From: a virus
Taxonomy: Duplodnaviria > Caudoviricetes
Direction: 5' to 3' (one strand)
Length of the DNA: 63,624 bases
Virus record (IMG/VR): IMGVR_UViG_3300046167_000634
Span: 1-63,624 of that record
Position numbers and translations under genes: made by a program. Each line of letters opens with the position of its first letter. The first letter of the stretch is position 1. Shown one piece after another: positions 10,959-21,504 of this stretch. Under the pieces are notes generated by a model that made no database searches, was not told the origin of the DNA, and saw only the letters and a list, made by a program, of their open reading frames with translations.

Positions 10959-11645
10959 ATGGCCGTAAGCATAGATACAGTATATCAAAGAGTTTTAGGA
11001 ATACTAAATAAAGAACAGCGTGGCTATATTACGCCGCAGGAATTTAACCTTATGGCTAATCAAGCTCAATTAGATATATTTGAGCAATACTTTTATGATT
11101 TAAATCAATTCACTAGAGTTGGTAGAATATCAAATGAATATGCAGATATAATTTCAAATATAGAAGAAAAAATATCTTTATTTGAAACTTCAAACACACC
11201 AACCGCTGCAAACGATATATTTCCAATACCTTCTGATCTTTATAGAATGGGCTCAATATTATACGGGAATGTAGAAGCAGAAGAAGTCAGTAAAAAAGAA
11301 TATAGCTATATAATATCTTCACCAATAGCTAAACCTACTAATGATTTTCCTATATATAAAAGAAATGTTGACGGTGTTTCTGTTTTTGGAGCAGCTACTA
11401 TAAATACCAATGTTACTTTTAACTATATCAAAAAACCTATTGAGGTTCAATGGGCATATACTTCCGTAGGTGGGGAAGCATTATACAATGCTACCAATTC
11501 ACAGAACTTTGAATTGCATGGGTCTGAAGAGACTGAGCTTGTAATTAAAATATTAGCAATGGCCGGTCTTATTATTAAAGACCCCTCTATATACCAAGTG
11601 GCATCAAGCGAAGAAAATAAAAAAATACAATTAGAAAAATCTTAA
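10959..11645 (+). CDS. Tail ring / head-tail adaptor protein, type A (module 1)
   Basis: MAVSIDTVYQRVLGILNKEQRGYITPQEFN...ELVIKILAMAGLIIKDP; paralog of 48505-49461. The ATG at 10926 lies inside the hairpin, so 10959 is preferred. Confidence 0.75.
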   Translation: MAVSIDTVYQRVLGILNKEQRGYITPQEFNLMANQAQLDIFEQYFYDLNQFTRVGRISNEYADIISNIEEKISLFETSNTPTAANDIFPIPSDLYRMGSILYGNVEAEEVSKKEYSYIISSPIAKPTNDFPIYKRNVDGVSVFGAATINTNVTFNYIKKPIEVQWAYTSVGGEALYNATNSQNFELHGSEETELVIKILAMAGLIIKDPSIYQVASSEENKKIQLEKS

Positions 11646-11648
11646 TAA

Positions 11649-12541
11649 ATGGGGTTATTTACACAAACACATCAACAATATTACGAAGGTTCCGATTACG
11701 GAAACTATCAGCATATAGAGCTTAAAGATATAGTAAATAACTTTATGGTGGCTTATGTGGGCGACGATAAGACTATTAAACACATTAAGCGTACTGATGT
11801 AGCTTTTCACGCTAGAAGAGCCATACAGGAGCTCCATTACGATACGCTACTGTCTTCAAAATCACAAGAAATAGAAATCCCACCTTCGCTTTTGTTTACG
11901 CTTCCGCATGATTATGTAAACTACGTAAAAATAACTTGGTTAGATCAAGACGGGAATTGAGCATAGAATATTGCCAAATAAACTAAGTAGTACTCCGCAA
12001 GGCGTATTTACAAGACAGTGATTATAACTTTTTATTTGATAACAACGGTAACTTATTGCAGCCAGCGCAATCTGAAACAGAAAGAAAATGGCAAATATTC
12101 ACGAGCTCCAATCGTGTATACGATAATAACCAAGTAGCGTTAGATGAGCTTCCTGATTATATGACTGTAACTGGAGGAAGATATGGGATTAAACCCAGGA
12201 GCTTGCTAATTCTAATGGTGTATTTTCCATAGATAATAATAGAGGTGTAATATCTTTTAGCGCTGATTTAGCGGGAAGAATAATAACGCTTAAATATGTA
12301 TCTGATGGGCTAGCTGAAGACGACGAAATGTTAGTACACAAATTTGCGGAAGAGGCGGTTTATAAGCATATAGCTTACGGCGTTGTATCTACAAAAGCAA
12401 ATATGCCTGAATATATTATTGCTAGATATAAAAAAGAAAGATTTGCCGCCTACAAGAAAAGCTAAAATTAGATTAAGTAATTATAAGTCTCACGAGTTTA
12501 TACAACTTATGAGAGGTAAGTCAAAACAAATAAAGCATTAG
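11649..12541 (+). CDS. Tail ring protein, type B (module 1); several apparent frameshifts
   Basis: DIVNNFMVAYVGDDK..KRTDVAFHARRAIQEL matches 49465-50379. Downstream frames give LKYVSDGL..VHKFAEEAVYKHIAY..KAKIRLSN..MRGKSKQIKH*. Confidence 0.75.
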
Positions 12542-12542
12542 T

Positions 12543-15500
12543 ATGCCTGAATTAAAAAGATTTTTTACATCGGGTCGAATGAATAAAGACCTTGATGAAA
12601 GACTGTTACCTAATGGTGAATATAGAGACGCTTTAAATATTCAAATAGCAAATTCAGAAGGTGCTAATATAGGCGCTATTGAAAATATTCCAGGTAATTT
12701 AGGTATATATAATAATATATATAATGAAGGTACTAACACTTTTACAGAATGGGATTTAGCAACATCTGATTTAAATAAGTACGGGTTAAATACAAACACC
12801 GCACAAACTATTGGCGTTATAAGAGATACAGAAAATAAAAAAATATATTGGTTTGTTACAGCATCTAATATGGATGCTATTATTGAATACGATCAAATCA
12901 TAAACGTAGTATCACCTATACTTGTAGATAAAAACAATGTGCTAAACTTTTCTACAGATTATTTAATCACAGGAATTAATATAATTGATGGTTTGTTATT
13001 TTTTACAGATGATAACTCCGAACCTAAAAAAATAAATATTGATAAGTTTAAAACAGCTTCAAATGCTACAGGTTTTTCTGCACATACGCAAATTTACGGG
13101 AGAGATTTCATAGAAGAAGATGTAGTTGTTATTAAAAAATATCCATTAAAAGATTTAACTTACGAAGCCAAAACATCTTTAAGAGACGGGGTGGTTGAAA
13201 GTGTTTTAGTGCATGATTTTACTACCACAGATGATGACGGGGAAATAATACCTCTACCAACCACAACTGATCCGTTTGTTGTTACATTTAGTGGACTTCC
13301 TGATTTTAAAACTAATGATATAATTATATTAACATTAGATGACGAAAATATTGGCACTGAAGACGAAACCGTTATCAGGGTACTTATAACAGGAGACGAG
13401 GGATTAGCTGAAAATGAATTTGAAATAAAAATACAAGCAGTCCCTGGAGAGCTATCAGCAAGCAATGATAGATATAAAGCTGTGCTTGAAACACCTGAAC
13501 CGCCATTCCAATTTAAATTTCCAAGATTTTCTTATAGATATAAATATGCTGATGGCGAGTATTCTGCATTTGGGCCTTTTACTCCAGTTATATTTAAAGC
13601 TGATAGTTTTAGCTATGACGCTAAAAAAGGATATAATCTTGGCATGATAAACCAAGTGAGGCTTATTACATTGTCAAATTTTATAGATAGCAATATATCT
13701 TCTGAAATTATTGAGGTTGATATTTTATATAAAGAATCGGTTAATACGAATGTGTATACAGTACAAACGGTAAAAAAAGATGACGCCGTTTGGAGTGCTA
13801 ATAGCTATGATATTGGGTCTGAGTTAATATATAAAACCGTTGAAGCCAACCAAATACTAAGACCGTACGACAATGTACCCCGAAAGGCAAAAGCGCAGGA
13901 AATTACTGCAAATAGAATTGTATATGCAAATTATTTGCAAAATTACGATTATATTAATTTAGATGGCGCGGAATTAACACCTAAATTTGATGTAGCCATT
14001 ACGTCCTCAAATATAGAAGTTGTTGATGGTATTGCGGAATTTTCTATTAAAACACAACGTAATTACCAATTAGGTGTTGTTTATTTAGATAAATTTGGCA
14101 GACAATCGCCTATATTCACAGATATATCAGGCTCAAAAAAATTAAATAAAAGTTTAAGCAGCACATATAATAAAATTATAGCAAAAACTTTATCAAATTA
14201 TCCAAGCTGGGCTACTCATTTTAAATATTATATAAAAGAACCTAGCAATGAATATTATAATATTGCTATGGATAGATATTATAATGCAGAGGACGGCAAT
14301 GTTTGGATTTCTTTTCCATCAAGCGAAAGAAACAAAATAACAGATGAAACATTTTTAGAATTAAAAAAAGAGCATAATACTGGCACCCCTATAAAAACGC
14401 CGGCTAAATACAAAGTGCTTTCAATTGAAAATGAAGCGCCTGATTTTATTAAAGAAAAATTTGTATCAAAAGGATCTGTACAAACAAATTTTGAAGACGG
14501 TATTGTTCCGCAAAAAGATTTTGCTTATATTGAATTAACAAAAGAAGATTTTGATCAAGCATTTGAGGGCATAATAGGAGAATCTAATTTATATGTTAGA
14601 ATTAATGATTCAAGCAATATTAGCGATAAGGTTTCAATAAGCAGTATAATAACTAAGACCAATGGCAATAGCGATGATACTGTTAGAATATCTTTAGAAG
14701 AAAAATTAAATGAAACTGTAAATTTTGCTCAGGCAAGCGCTAATAGCGGAACCAATGAATTATTTTTAGAAATATTTAAAAAAATAACAGAATCAAAACC
14801 TGAGTTTGGCGGTAGATTTTTTGTAAAACTAAATAAAGATAATATACTTGAAGAAAGCTTAGAGCGTGAACTTGGGGAGGAAAATTATAGCATAAAATAC
14901 CAAAGAGGCTTTTTGTGGACTGAAAGAGGGAATCGCTCAAACGACTATTGGATACCCAGAGGCGGGTGGACAATATTTGAAGCAACACCCGACGCTATCC
15001 GCCCGTGGCCATCGTTTGCATATGATGTGCATAACGCTGAAAAAAAAGGGAAAGGAATAAATCCTGGACAAAAAACAATATCTATCGCATATATTGGGGG
15101 AGATGGTAAAAAAGATTATGGATCAGGATATTGGAAAGATAAAAAAAATGCTTTTTCTTCTTGGGGATTGGAAGGTAATTCTGTGGATCAGCTTGTCATA
15201 AGAAATTTTATACAAAATATTGGTAATAAATTTAGATTTAAAAATGATCCCACCGAGCCAAAACCTGTATATGAAATAAAAAATGTTAAACAATATGCTA
15301 TGAATCTTTATGATGGGGATGGCAAAAAGCGGGGTAAATTTGAATCTTCAAGGGCTTTGCGGTGGGATTTAACATTAGATAAAGAAATACAATGGTCTCC
15401 TACCTCTTTAATGACTAGTAATAGTTCTGATAGGGATCAAGAACAAGAAATTGAATTTTTACGTATTTATGACGAAGACGCAAAAGCTTTTTCTTCAGAA

Positions 15501-16728
15501 AATCCAGGTATTTTTGAAACTGAACCAGCCGAAGATTTAAACCTTGATTTATACTATGCAGCAAGCCAAGCATTCCCTATAGCAGAGCATGGGAATGAAA
15601 AAACTTTAAATTGGTATAATTGTATTTCATTTGGTAATGGTGTAGAATCAAATAGAATACGTGATGATTATAATGCGCCTACGATTGATAAAGGGCCTAT
15701 TGTTTCTTCTGTATTAGATGAACCTTATAGAGAAGAGCGTAGGAAATCAAGTTTTATATTTTCACAAATATTTAATTCTACTTCCTGGTATTAATAGGTT
15801 AAACCAATTTATACAAGCTGAAAACATCACAAAAGATTTAAATCCTGTGCATGGTAGCATACAAAAACTACATTCTAGAGATACAGATTTGGTTACTCTT
15901 TGTGAAAATAAATGTTTTAAGGTATTATCTAATAAAGATGCATTATTTAATGCAGACGGTAATACTAATGTAACGTCAAATTTCAATGTTTTAGGTCAAG
16001 CAATTCCTTATCTAGGTGAGTTTGGTATATCAAATAACCCGGAAAGCTTTGCTGATTACGGCTTTAGAAGCTATTTTGCTGATAAAAATAATGGCAACGT
16101 TTTAAGACTTTCAAGAGATGGCATAGAAGAAATTTCTACCAAGGGTATGTCCGACTTTTTTACAGACGAATTGCGTATAGCAAAAAATATTATAGGTAAC
16201 TTTGACGAGGTCAGCGGAAGCTATAATATTACTTTAAACAATAAAACAATATCATTTAAAGAATCTGTAGGTGGTTGGCCATCTAGAAAATCATTTATAC
16301 CAGAGCAAGGAGTGTCTTTAAATGGAGTTTATTACACGTTTAAAAATGGTATTATTTGGTCGCATAATAATCCCTTAAAAAATACTTTTTATGGAGGAGC
16401 AACAGCTAAATCTTCTGTTAAATTAATATTTAATGATTCATCTTCAAAAATTAAAAACTTTAAAGCAATAAGCTATGAGGGTGATACCAGCTGGCAAGCA
16501 ACTAAAATAGTAACAGATAATCAAGAAGGTGTTGTTACAGATTTTAAAGAAAAAGAAGGAATTTATTACAACTTTATAAAAGGTGTGAATAATACGTGGG
16601 ATGGTGCTCTGCAAGCTGGAACACTAAACTTTAAAGAGTTTTCTACACAAGGAATTGGTAATTTATTATCAATTTCAGGTGATGATAAAACAGAATTTGT
16701 ACTAACAGTATCTGAAAATAACGATTAA
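12543..16728 (+). CDS. Muzzle/tail stabilisation protein (P22 gp10/crAss muzzle-like), module 1; +1 frameshift near 15785
   Basis: MPELKRFFTSGRMNKDLDERLLPNGEYRDALN start. The second frame continues GINRLNQF...GEFGISNNPESFA...VLRLSRDG, matching 54759-56132. Confidence 0.8.
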
Positions 16729-16729
16729 T

Positions 16730-18985
16730 ATGGCATTAGTTAATTGCACTATAAATTCGCAGTCTTTAACAAAAACCGCAGGTGCTCAAATAGGATCGGA
16801 TAACGCGCAGCTAGTTATTACTCCAAACGATGGGTTCGTTGTTACCGCTGGTGATTTTACGAACAATACAGGCGTTTTATCTGGCGTGTCAAGTATATCA
16901 TTAAGTGATAGCGGTACTCCAGGCACGATTGGTAATACAGTTTTAGTAAGCGTGGATCTAGATGATACCTTTACTATGCCGAGCTCTGATACAAATATTG
17001 TTATTGATATTGACGGCAGTGCCCAATTAGCACAATTTTCTTTAACTGGTAACTACAATATATTACAAGAAAATACAACATCTAGTAATGGTAATACAAG
17101 TTACACCGCTACCGGCAACTATAACCAAACTGTATCGGTATTTACGAAAACAATAACAGCTTCTGCAAACTATTATTTTAAAAACTTGCCGTATTATTAT
17201 ATAGATAGTAATTATGAAAATAATTATACTGTAACTGAGGTAAATACAACTGATAGCAATGGTAATGTTACCGCTGTTACTTTTACAGTAACATTTTTAA
17301 TGCCAAACGAAAATGTATCTGGGGACACAATTTATTTTGTAGCGAACGCATCGCCTTTAACTATTGTATTAGAAGAAATATACAGTTATGCTATTGCAAC
17401 AGCTAATATACCTTCGAATGGTGTTATTAGAAATTTAGAGCTATTAGGTAATCCAAACGCGGATTTTAATATTACTATTGAAACAAATAATGGTGTTGCG
17501 CCTTTTAATACATACGATTTTACGACAAACGAATTTACTTCAGATGTAACGAGCTTAGGCGCTTCGGTTATGCCTGCTCAAGGATTTGTTGCTTATGATA
17601 TATTTTTCCCGCCATCTGTTGCGGACGTATATAAAATAACATTATCTGGTGATTTAAATTTGCCCGCAGCAAAACCAAATCCATTTACTATTTCGCAGTA
17701 TGGTGACATTGATATTACAGTAGGTATTGATTCTATCGACGGAACACTCTTTCTCAGGCAAGATCAAATTATAACAACGAGAGCTGGACAAAATAATTCA
17801 TTTAATAAAACACTTTCTTTTGAAGTTTTTACTGATCCATCTCTAAACAACCCACAGCTTTTGTACATAGGTAATCAACCAAATATAAGTGATTGGGTTA
17901 TTAGCGCTTTAGATGGCTCAGATATTGAAGTTCTTTCTACTAGTATAACAGGTAGTGGAACTAATACACTTACAGTAACTGTTGAATTAGGAATAATTGA
18001 AACAGGTACATCAAATGTTAATATATCACTTGATATAGACCCTTACTTTAATACACCACCAGTTGCTGTTGCAGATTCAGCTAGTGTTAATAAAGGCGAT
18101 GACGTAACAATAGATGTGCTAAGCAACGACAGCGATGCAGATGGTGACTCTTTAAGTATTACAATTGTTTCAAACCCAACTGCCGGCACAGTCGCTACCA
18201 ACGCAAGCAACCAGCTTGTATATACGCATGATGACAGCAACACTTTAGCAGACTCATTTACATATAAAATTTCTGATGGATTTAATTTCAGTAATATCGT
18301 AACTGTTACAATTGGTATTGGGGTTTTACCAGGCGAATCTATAAACGCGAGCGGCGCTGTAGGTGTTTATTTAGTCCCTATAGTTTTAGGTACTGAAGCA
18401 GGTACATATAAAGTTCATTTTAATGCAGCAAGCGTACCCGATAGGGTGCAAATATTATTTGATTCGGCAGGAATATCCAATAATTTAGCTGATATGGAAA
18501 TACAAGCAGACTCTTTATTTGTCGGGGGAGATACTTCCCCGCCTGCCGCAGGAAACTCAGGTTTAGTAGCCAATAACACAATTGCCGGCAATACATTTGT
18601 TAATAATATTATTAATAATGATTATGACTCTACAACTACCGTCCACACTTTAGATGAGTTTTTATATAATGGGTCTTCGTTTGATGCTACGAATAACACT
18701 GTAAGTATTGACTTCACCACTGATGATATTGCGGATAATAGTGCTAATCGTTCCAACGCTGTTCCTAATGGCCAAGGGCAAATTGGTGTACAAAACCTTG
18801 TATATACAAGTATTTCTGATACAACTGGCACATCTAATCTTAATTATGCTGATGGAAATATTTGTATTACATTTACAAAAACAGCTACTACGGCATTTAA
18901 CGGGTATATTAGAGTTTATGGAATGACCACTCCGACTGGTATTACTTCGTGGAGAATATTCCAAACTGAATTTGTAACATCATAA
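16730..18985 (+). CDS. Tail-associated protein with Ig-like (Big_9/cadherin-like) domain
   Basis: NTPPVAVADSASVNKGDDVTIDVLSNDSDADGDSL...DSFTYKISDG; T/N/S-rich beta protein. Confidence 0.7.
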   Translation: MALVNCTINSQSLTKTAGAQIGSDNAQLVITPNDGFVVTAGDFTNNTGVLSGVSSISLSDSGTPGTIGNTVLVSVDLDDTFTMPSSDTNIVIDIDGSAQLAQFSLTGNYNILQENTTSSNGNTSYTATGNYNQTVSVFTKTITASANYYFKNLPYYYIDSNYENNYTVTEVNTTDSNGNVTAVTFTVTFLMPNENVSGDTIYFVANASPLTIVLEEIYSYAIATANIPSNGVIRNLELLGNPNADFNITIETNNGVAPFNTYDFTTNEFTSDVTSLGASVMPAQGFVAYDIFFPPSVADVYKITLSGDLNLPAAKPNPFTISQYGDIDITVGIDSIDGTLFLRQDQIITTRAGQNNSFNKTLSFEVFTDPSLNNPQLLYIGNQPNISDWVISALDGSDIEVLSTSITGSGTNTLTVTVELGIIETGTSNVNISLDIDPYFNTPPVAVADSASVNKGDDVTIDVLSNDSDADGDSLSITIVSNPTAGTVATNASNQLVYTHDDSNTLADSFTYKISDGFNFSNIVTVTIGIGVLPGESINASGAVGVYLVPIVLGTEAGTYKVHFNAASVPDRVQILFDSAGISNNLADMEIQADSLFVGGDTSPPAAGNSGLVANNTIAGNTFVNNIINNDYDSTTTVHTLDEFLYNGSSFDATNNTVSIDFTTDDIADNSANRSNAVPNGQGQIGVQNLVYTSISDTTGTSNLNYADGNICITFTKTATTAFNGYIRVYGMTTPTGITSWRIFQTEFVTS

Positions 18986-18987
18986 TT

Positions 18988-19311
18988 ATGGGAAGTATAA
19001 CATTAAATTTTACAAATGATTTAAACGTATCTTTACAAAAAAATACAGACGACGCGGTATTTTTTCAAGATACTTCTAATAACATATACCAAATAGGTAA
19101 CTGTACAGATATAACAAATAACAGCATTACTTGTAATATTGCTGATAATGCATTGCGACCTACCGCTGGTGATTTTATATTTTTTGCTAAAAACAGAGAA
19201 ATAAATACCTCAGGTCTTTTGGGATATTATGCGGAGGTTGACGTAGAAGTTACATCAAATCAATTCAAAGAGCTATTTGCTGTAAACACAGAGGTGTCGT
19301 TAAGTAGCTAA
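18988..19311 (+). CDS. Small tail protein carrying the muzzle C-terminal segment
   Basis: Ends SGLLGYYAEVDV...KELFAVNTEVSLSS, matching the end of 54759-56132 (SGLKGFVATVTF...RELFAVSTEYVQSSY). Confidence 0.65.
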   Translation: MGSITLNFTNDLNVSLQKNTDDAVFFQDTSNNIYQIGNCTDITNNSITCNIADNALRPTAGDFIFFAKNREINTSGLLGYYAEVDVEVTSNQFKELFAVNTEVSLSS

Positions 19312-19335
19312 TAAATACGTAATTATAAATAACAT
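19309..19335 (+). promoter_or_regulatory. Putative phage promoter
   Basis: TAATAAATACGTAAT; an identical 15-mer lies on the minus strand at 35636-35650. Confidence 0.55.
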
Positions 19336-19351
19336 AAAAATATATTAGAAT

Positions 19352-20011
19352 ATGGATCCAATGTCTATGATGTCAATAGCCAAAGCTGGGGCCGGGGCAA
19401 TATCTGGTTTAGCCCAAGGCCTTATTGGAGGTAGAAAGCGCCGAAGAGAAGAGCGTGCAGCGCAGGCTGAATTTAATCGTATGAAAGAACGTTTTATGGG
19501 ATTAGATACATCTAACCCATATGCAAATATGGAAAACGTATATGAAGACCTTACTGTTAATACACAGGCCGCTGAATTCGCTGCTCAACAGCAACAACAA
19601 GGTACAGCTAATATATTGGGGGGATTACAAGGTGCGGCTGGCGGTTCTGGCATTGCTGCTTTAGCACAAAGTTTAGCCCAACAGCAATCTCAAGCGGCCC
19701 AGCAAGCAAGCGCATCTATTGGCGCGCAAGAAGCAAGGAACCAAGCATTAACCGCGCAGGGTGCTGCTAGTATACAATCTCAAGAGCGTCAAGGAGAAGT
19801 TTTATCTCGTCAAATGGAGCAACAAAAAACAAACGCATTACTGCAAATGTCTGCCGGTAGGTTACAACAAGCCAAAGCGGCAAGACAACAAGCAACACAA
19901 TCTTTAATAGGTGGTATTACTGGTGCCGCTGGATTAGCGGGTGGTGCCGCTATAGCAGGCAAAGGAAATTTAGGTGAAGGATTTAGAGAAATGGCGGGAA
20001 TGGGAAACTAA
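19352..20011 (+). CDS. Internal virion / ejection (cargo) protein 1, module 1
   Basis: G/A/Q-rich with hydrophobic Gly-rich termini and NPYAN motif; paralog of 56586-57341. Confidence 0.7.
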   Translation: MDPMSMMSIAKAGAGAISGLAQGLIGGRKRRREERAAQAEFNRMKERFMGLDTSNPYANMENVYEDLTVNTQAAEFAAQQQQQGTANILGGLQGAAGGSGIAALAQSLAQQQSQAAQQASASIGAQEARNQALTAQGAASIQSQERQGEVLSRQMEQQKTNALLQMSAGRLQQAKAARQQATQSLIGGITGAAGLAGGAAIAGKGNLGEGFREMAGMGN

Positions 20012-20140
20012 CGGCACCGATAATGGATAAGACCTCTCAAACTGATCTTTTAAAAATTATAAACCCAATGGTTGGAATGGATTTTTCAGGACAAAAAATA
20101 ACCGCGGATACTTTTAAATCCACAGGAAATTATACAGAAT

Positions 20141-21499
20141 ATGGCAATTGATTATTTTAAAATAGGACAAATTTCCGGTAAACAATTTACTGATGTAACG
20201 GGGGCTGTTGAAAAAGGGCTTGAAGCTGGTTTTAAACCATTAGTAGAATGGCAAAAGAAAAGAGATAAGTTTGATGCAGACTACGCAAGATTGCTACAGT
20301 CTACCCCAAACATTGATAACTTACCTGAGCTACCTTCTAATTATTTACCTAAAGCTTCTGAATGGCTTATTAGCAAACAACAAGAATATGCCGCAAATGC
20401 CCGAACTACAATAAAAGCTAGACCAGGATCGCCTGAATATCAGCAAGCAGTAATGAACATGAATAATATTAAAAGTTCCGTTGCAAATTTAAAATCTAAT
20501 TTAACAGGTATTAATACAGAACGCAAAGAGTTTTTGAAATCAAAAGACACGGGCGAAGTATCGCTAGGTTTTCAAAATGCAGATATATACGAAGCTTACG
20601 GACCCAACGGCGCTATAACAGCTATTGATGCTAATGGCAATGTTGCTCTAACAGGTGATGGTGGTAAAAGCTTTAATTGGAACGAAAGGCAAGAGTTTTT
20701 TAACAAAAGTGGCAAAGTGGCTAAAGAATTATTTTCATCTGCAGATATTGCGTTAAAAGAAGGCGAAGCTGGAAAACAAAGAGATTTAAGCTATTATAAT
20801 AAATATTCAACAGCTATTCTTGCTCAATATGATTTGCCAAAAATTAAATCATTAGTATTTGATGAGCTCGATAATACAGACACAAAATTATCAGAAGATA
20901 CGGGATTAGTTTCTTTAATAAATTCACCAACACCAAATTTACCAGAAATAAGACAAGCTCTAGCCTCCAAGCTTGGGCGCGCATTTTTTGATGTTAATGC
21001 ACAAGGTTTTAAAAAATACAGTGATAAACAAGCTGAAGCTTTAGACGCGAAGCAGTCTCGTGCTGGGCGCGGATCTTTAACCCAAGCTCAAATTGATAAA
21101 AGAAATGAAAATAAAGCTAAAAAAAATAGGCTAGATGATGCGTTTTTATCTGCTTTTGAAAGTTTTTCTAAAGGTAAATTAAAAGCCGGAGCATTTGAAA
21201 ATATTAAAACCTTATTAGGTAATCAAGTAGATATTGCTCCTGTAGATTTAAATAGAGGTATATTTACAATAAAATATAAATCTGCTCCAACTGATCCTGA
21301 ATTTGTTTCTGCAACTATTAATTTAAGTACAGAAAAAAGCTTGCAAACTTTATATGATTTAGCAGATTTAAGAGAAAACGTAGACTATGAAGGTTTACCA
21401 ATTTCAATAACTTCCACGGGTAAGAATGTAGGCCCTGCAACCTTAGAAGAAACTAGAACAGAGCCTATAAATGAAGAGTTCTTTACTTTAGAAAAATAA
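20141..21499 (+). CDS. Internal virion / ejection (cargo) protein 2, module 1
   Basis: 452 aa between cargo 1 and the giant protein; call is positional. Confidence 0.55.
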   Translation: MAIDYFKIGQISGKQFTDVTGAVEKGLEAGFKPLVEWQKKRDKFDADYARLLQSTPNIDNLPELPSNYLPKASEWLISKQQEYAANARTTIKARPGSPEYQQAVMNMNNIKSSVANLKSNLTGINTERKEFLKSKDTGEVSLGFQNADIYEAYGPNGAITAIDANGNVALTGDGGKSFNWNERQEFFNKSGKVAKELFSSADIALKEGEAGKQRDLSYYNKYSTAILAQYDLPKIKSLVFDELDNTDTKLSEDTGLVSLINSPTPNLPEIRQALASKLGRAFFDVNAQGFKKYSDKQAEALDAKQSRAGRGSLTQAQIDKRNENKAKKNRLDDAFLSAFESFSKGKLKAGAFENIKTLLGNQVDIAPVDLNRGIFTIKYKSAPTDPEFVSATINLSTEKSLQTLYDLADLRENVDYEGLPISITSTGKNVGPATLEETRTEPINEEFFTLEK

Positions 21500-21504
21500 T
21501 AATC

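Noticed and set aside
15770-15800. Programmed frameshift in the muzzle gene
   Set aside because: No slippery heptamer; the same single-insertion pattern occurs in nrdA, groEL and others, so sequencing error is more likely.
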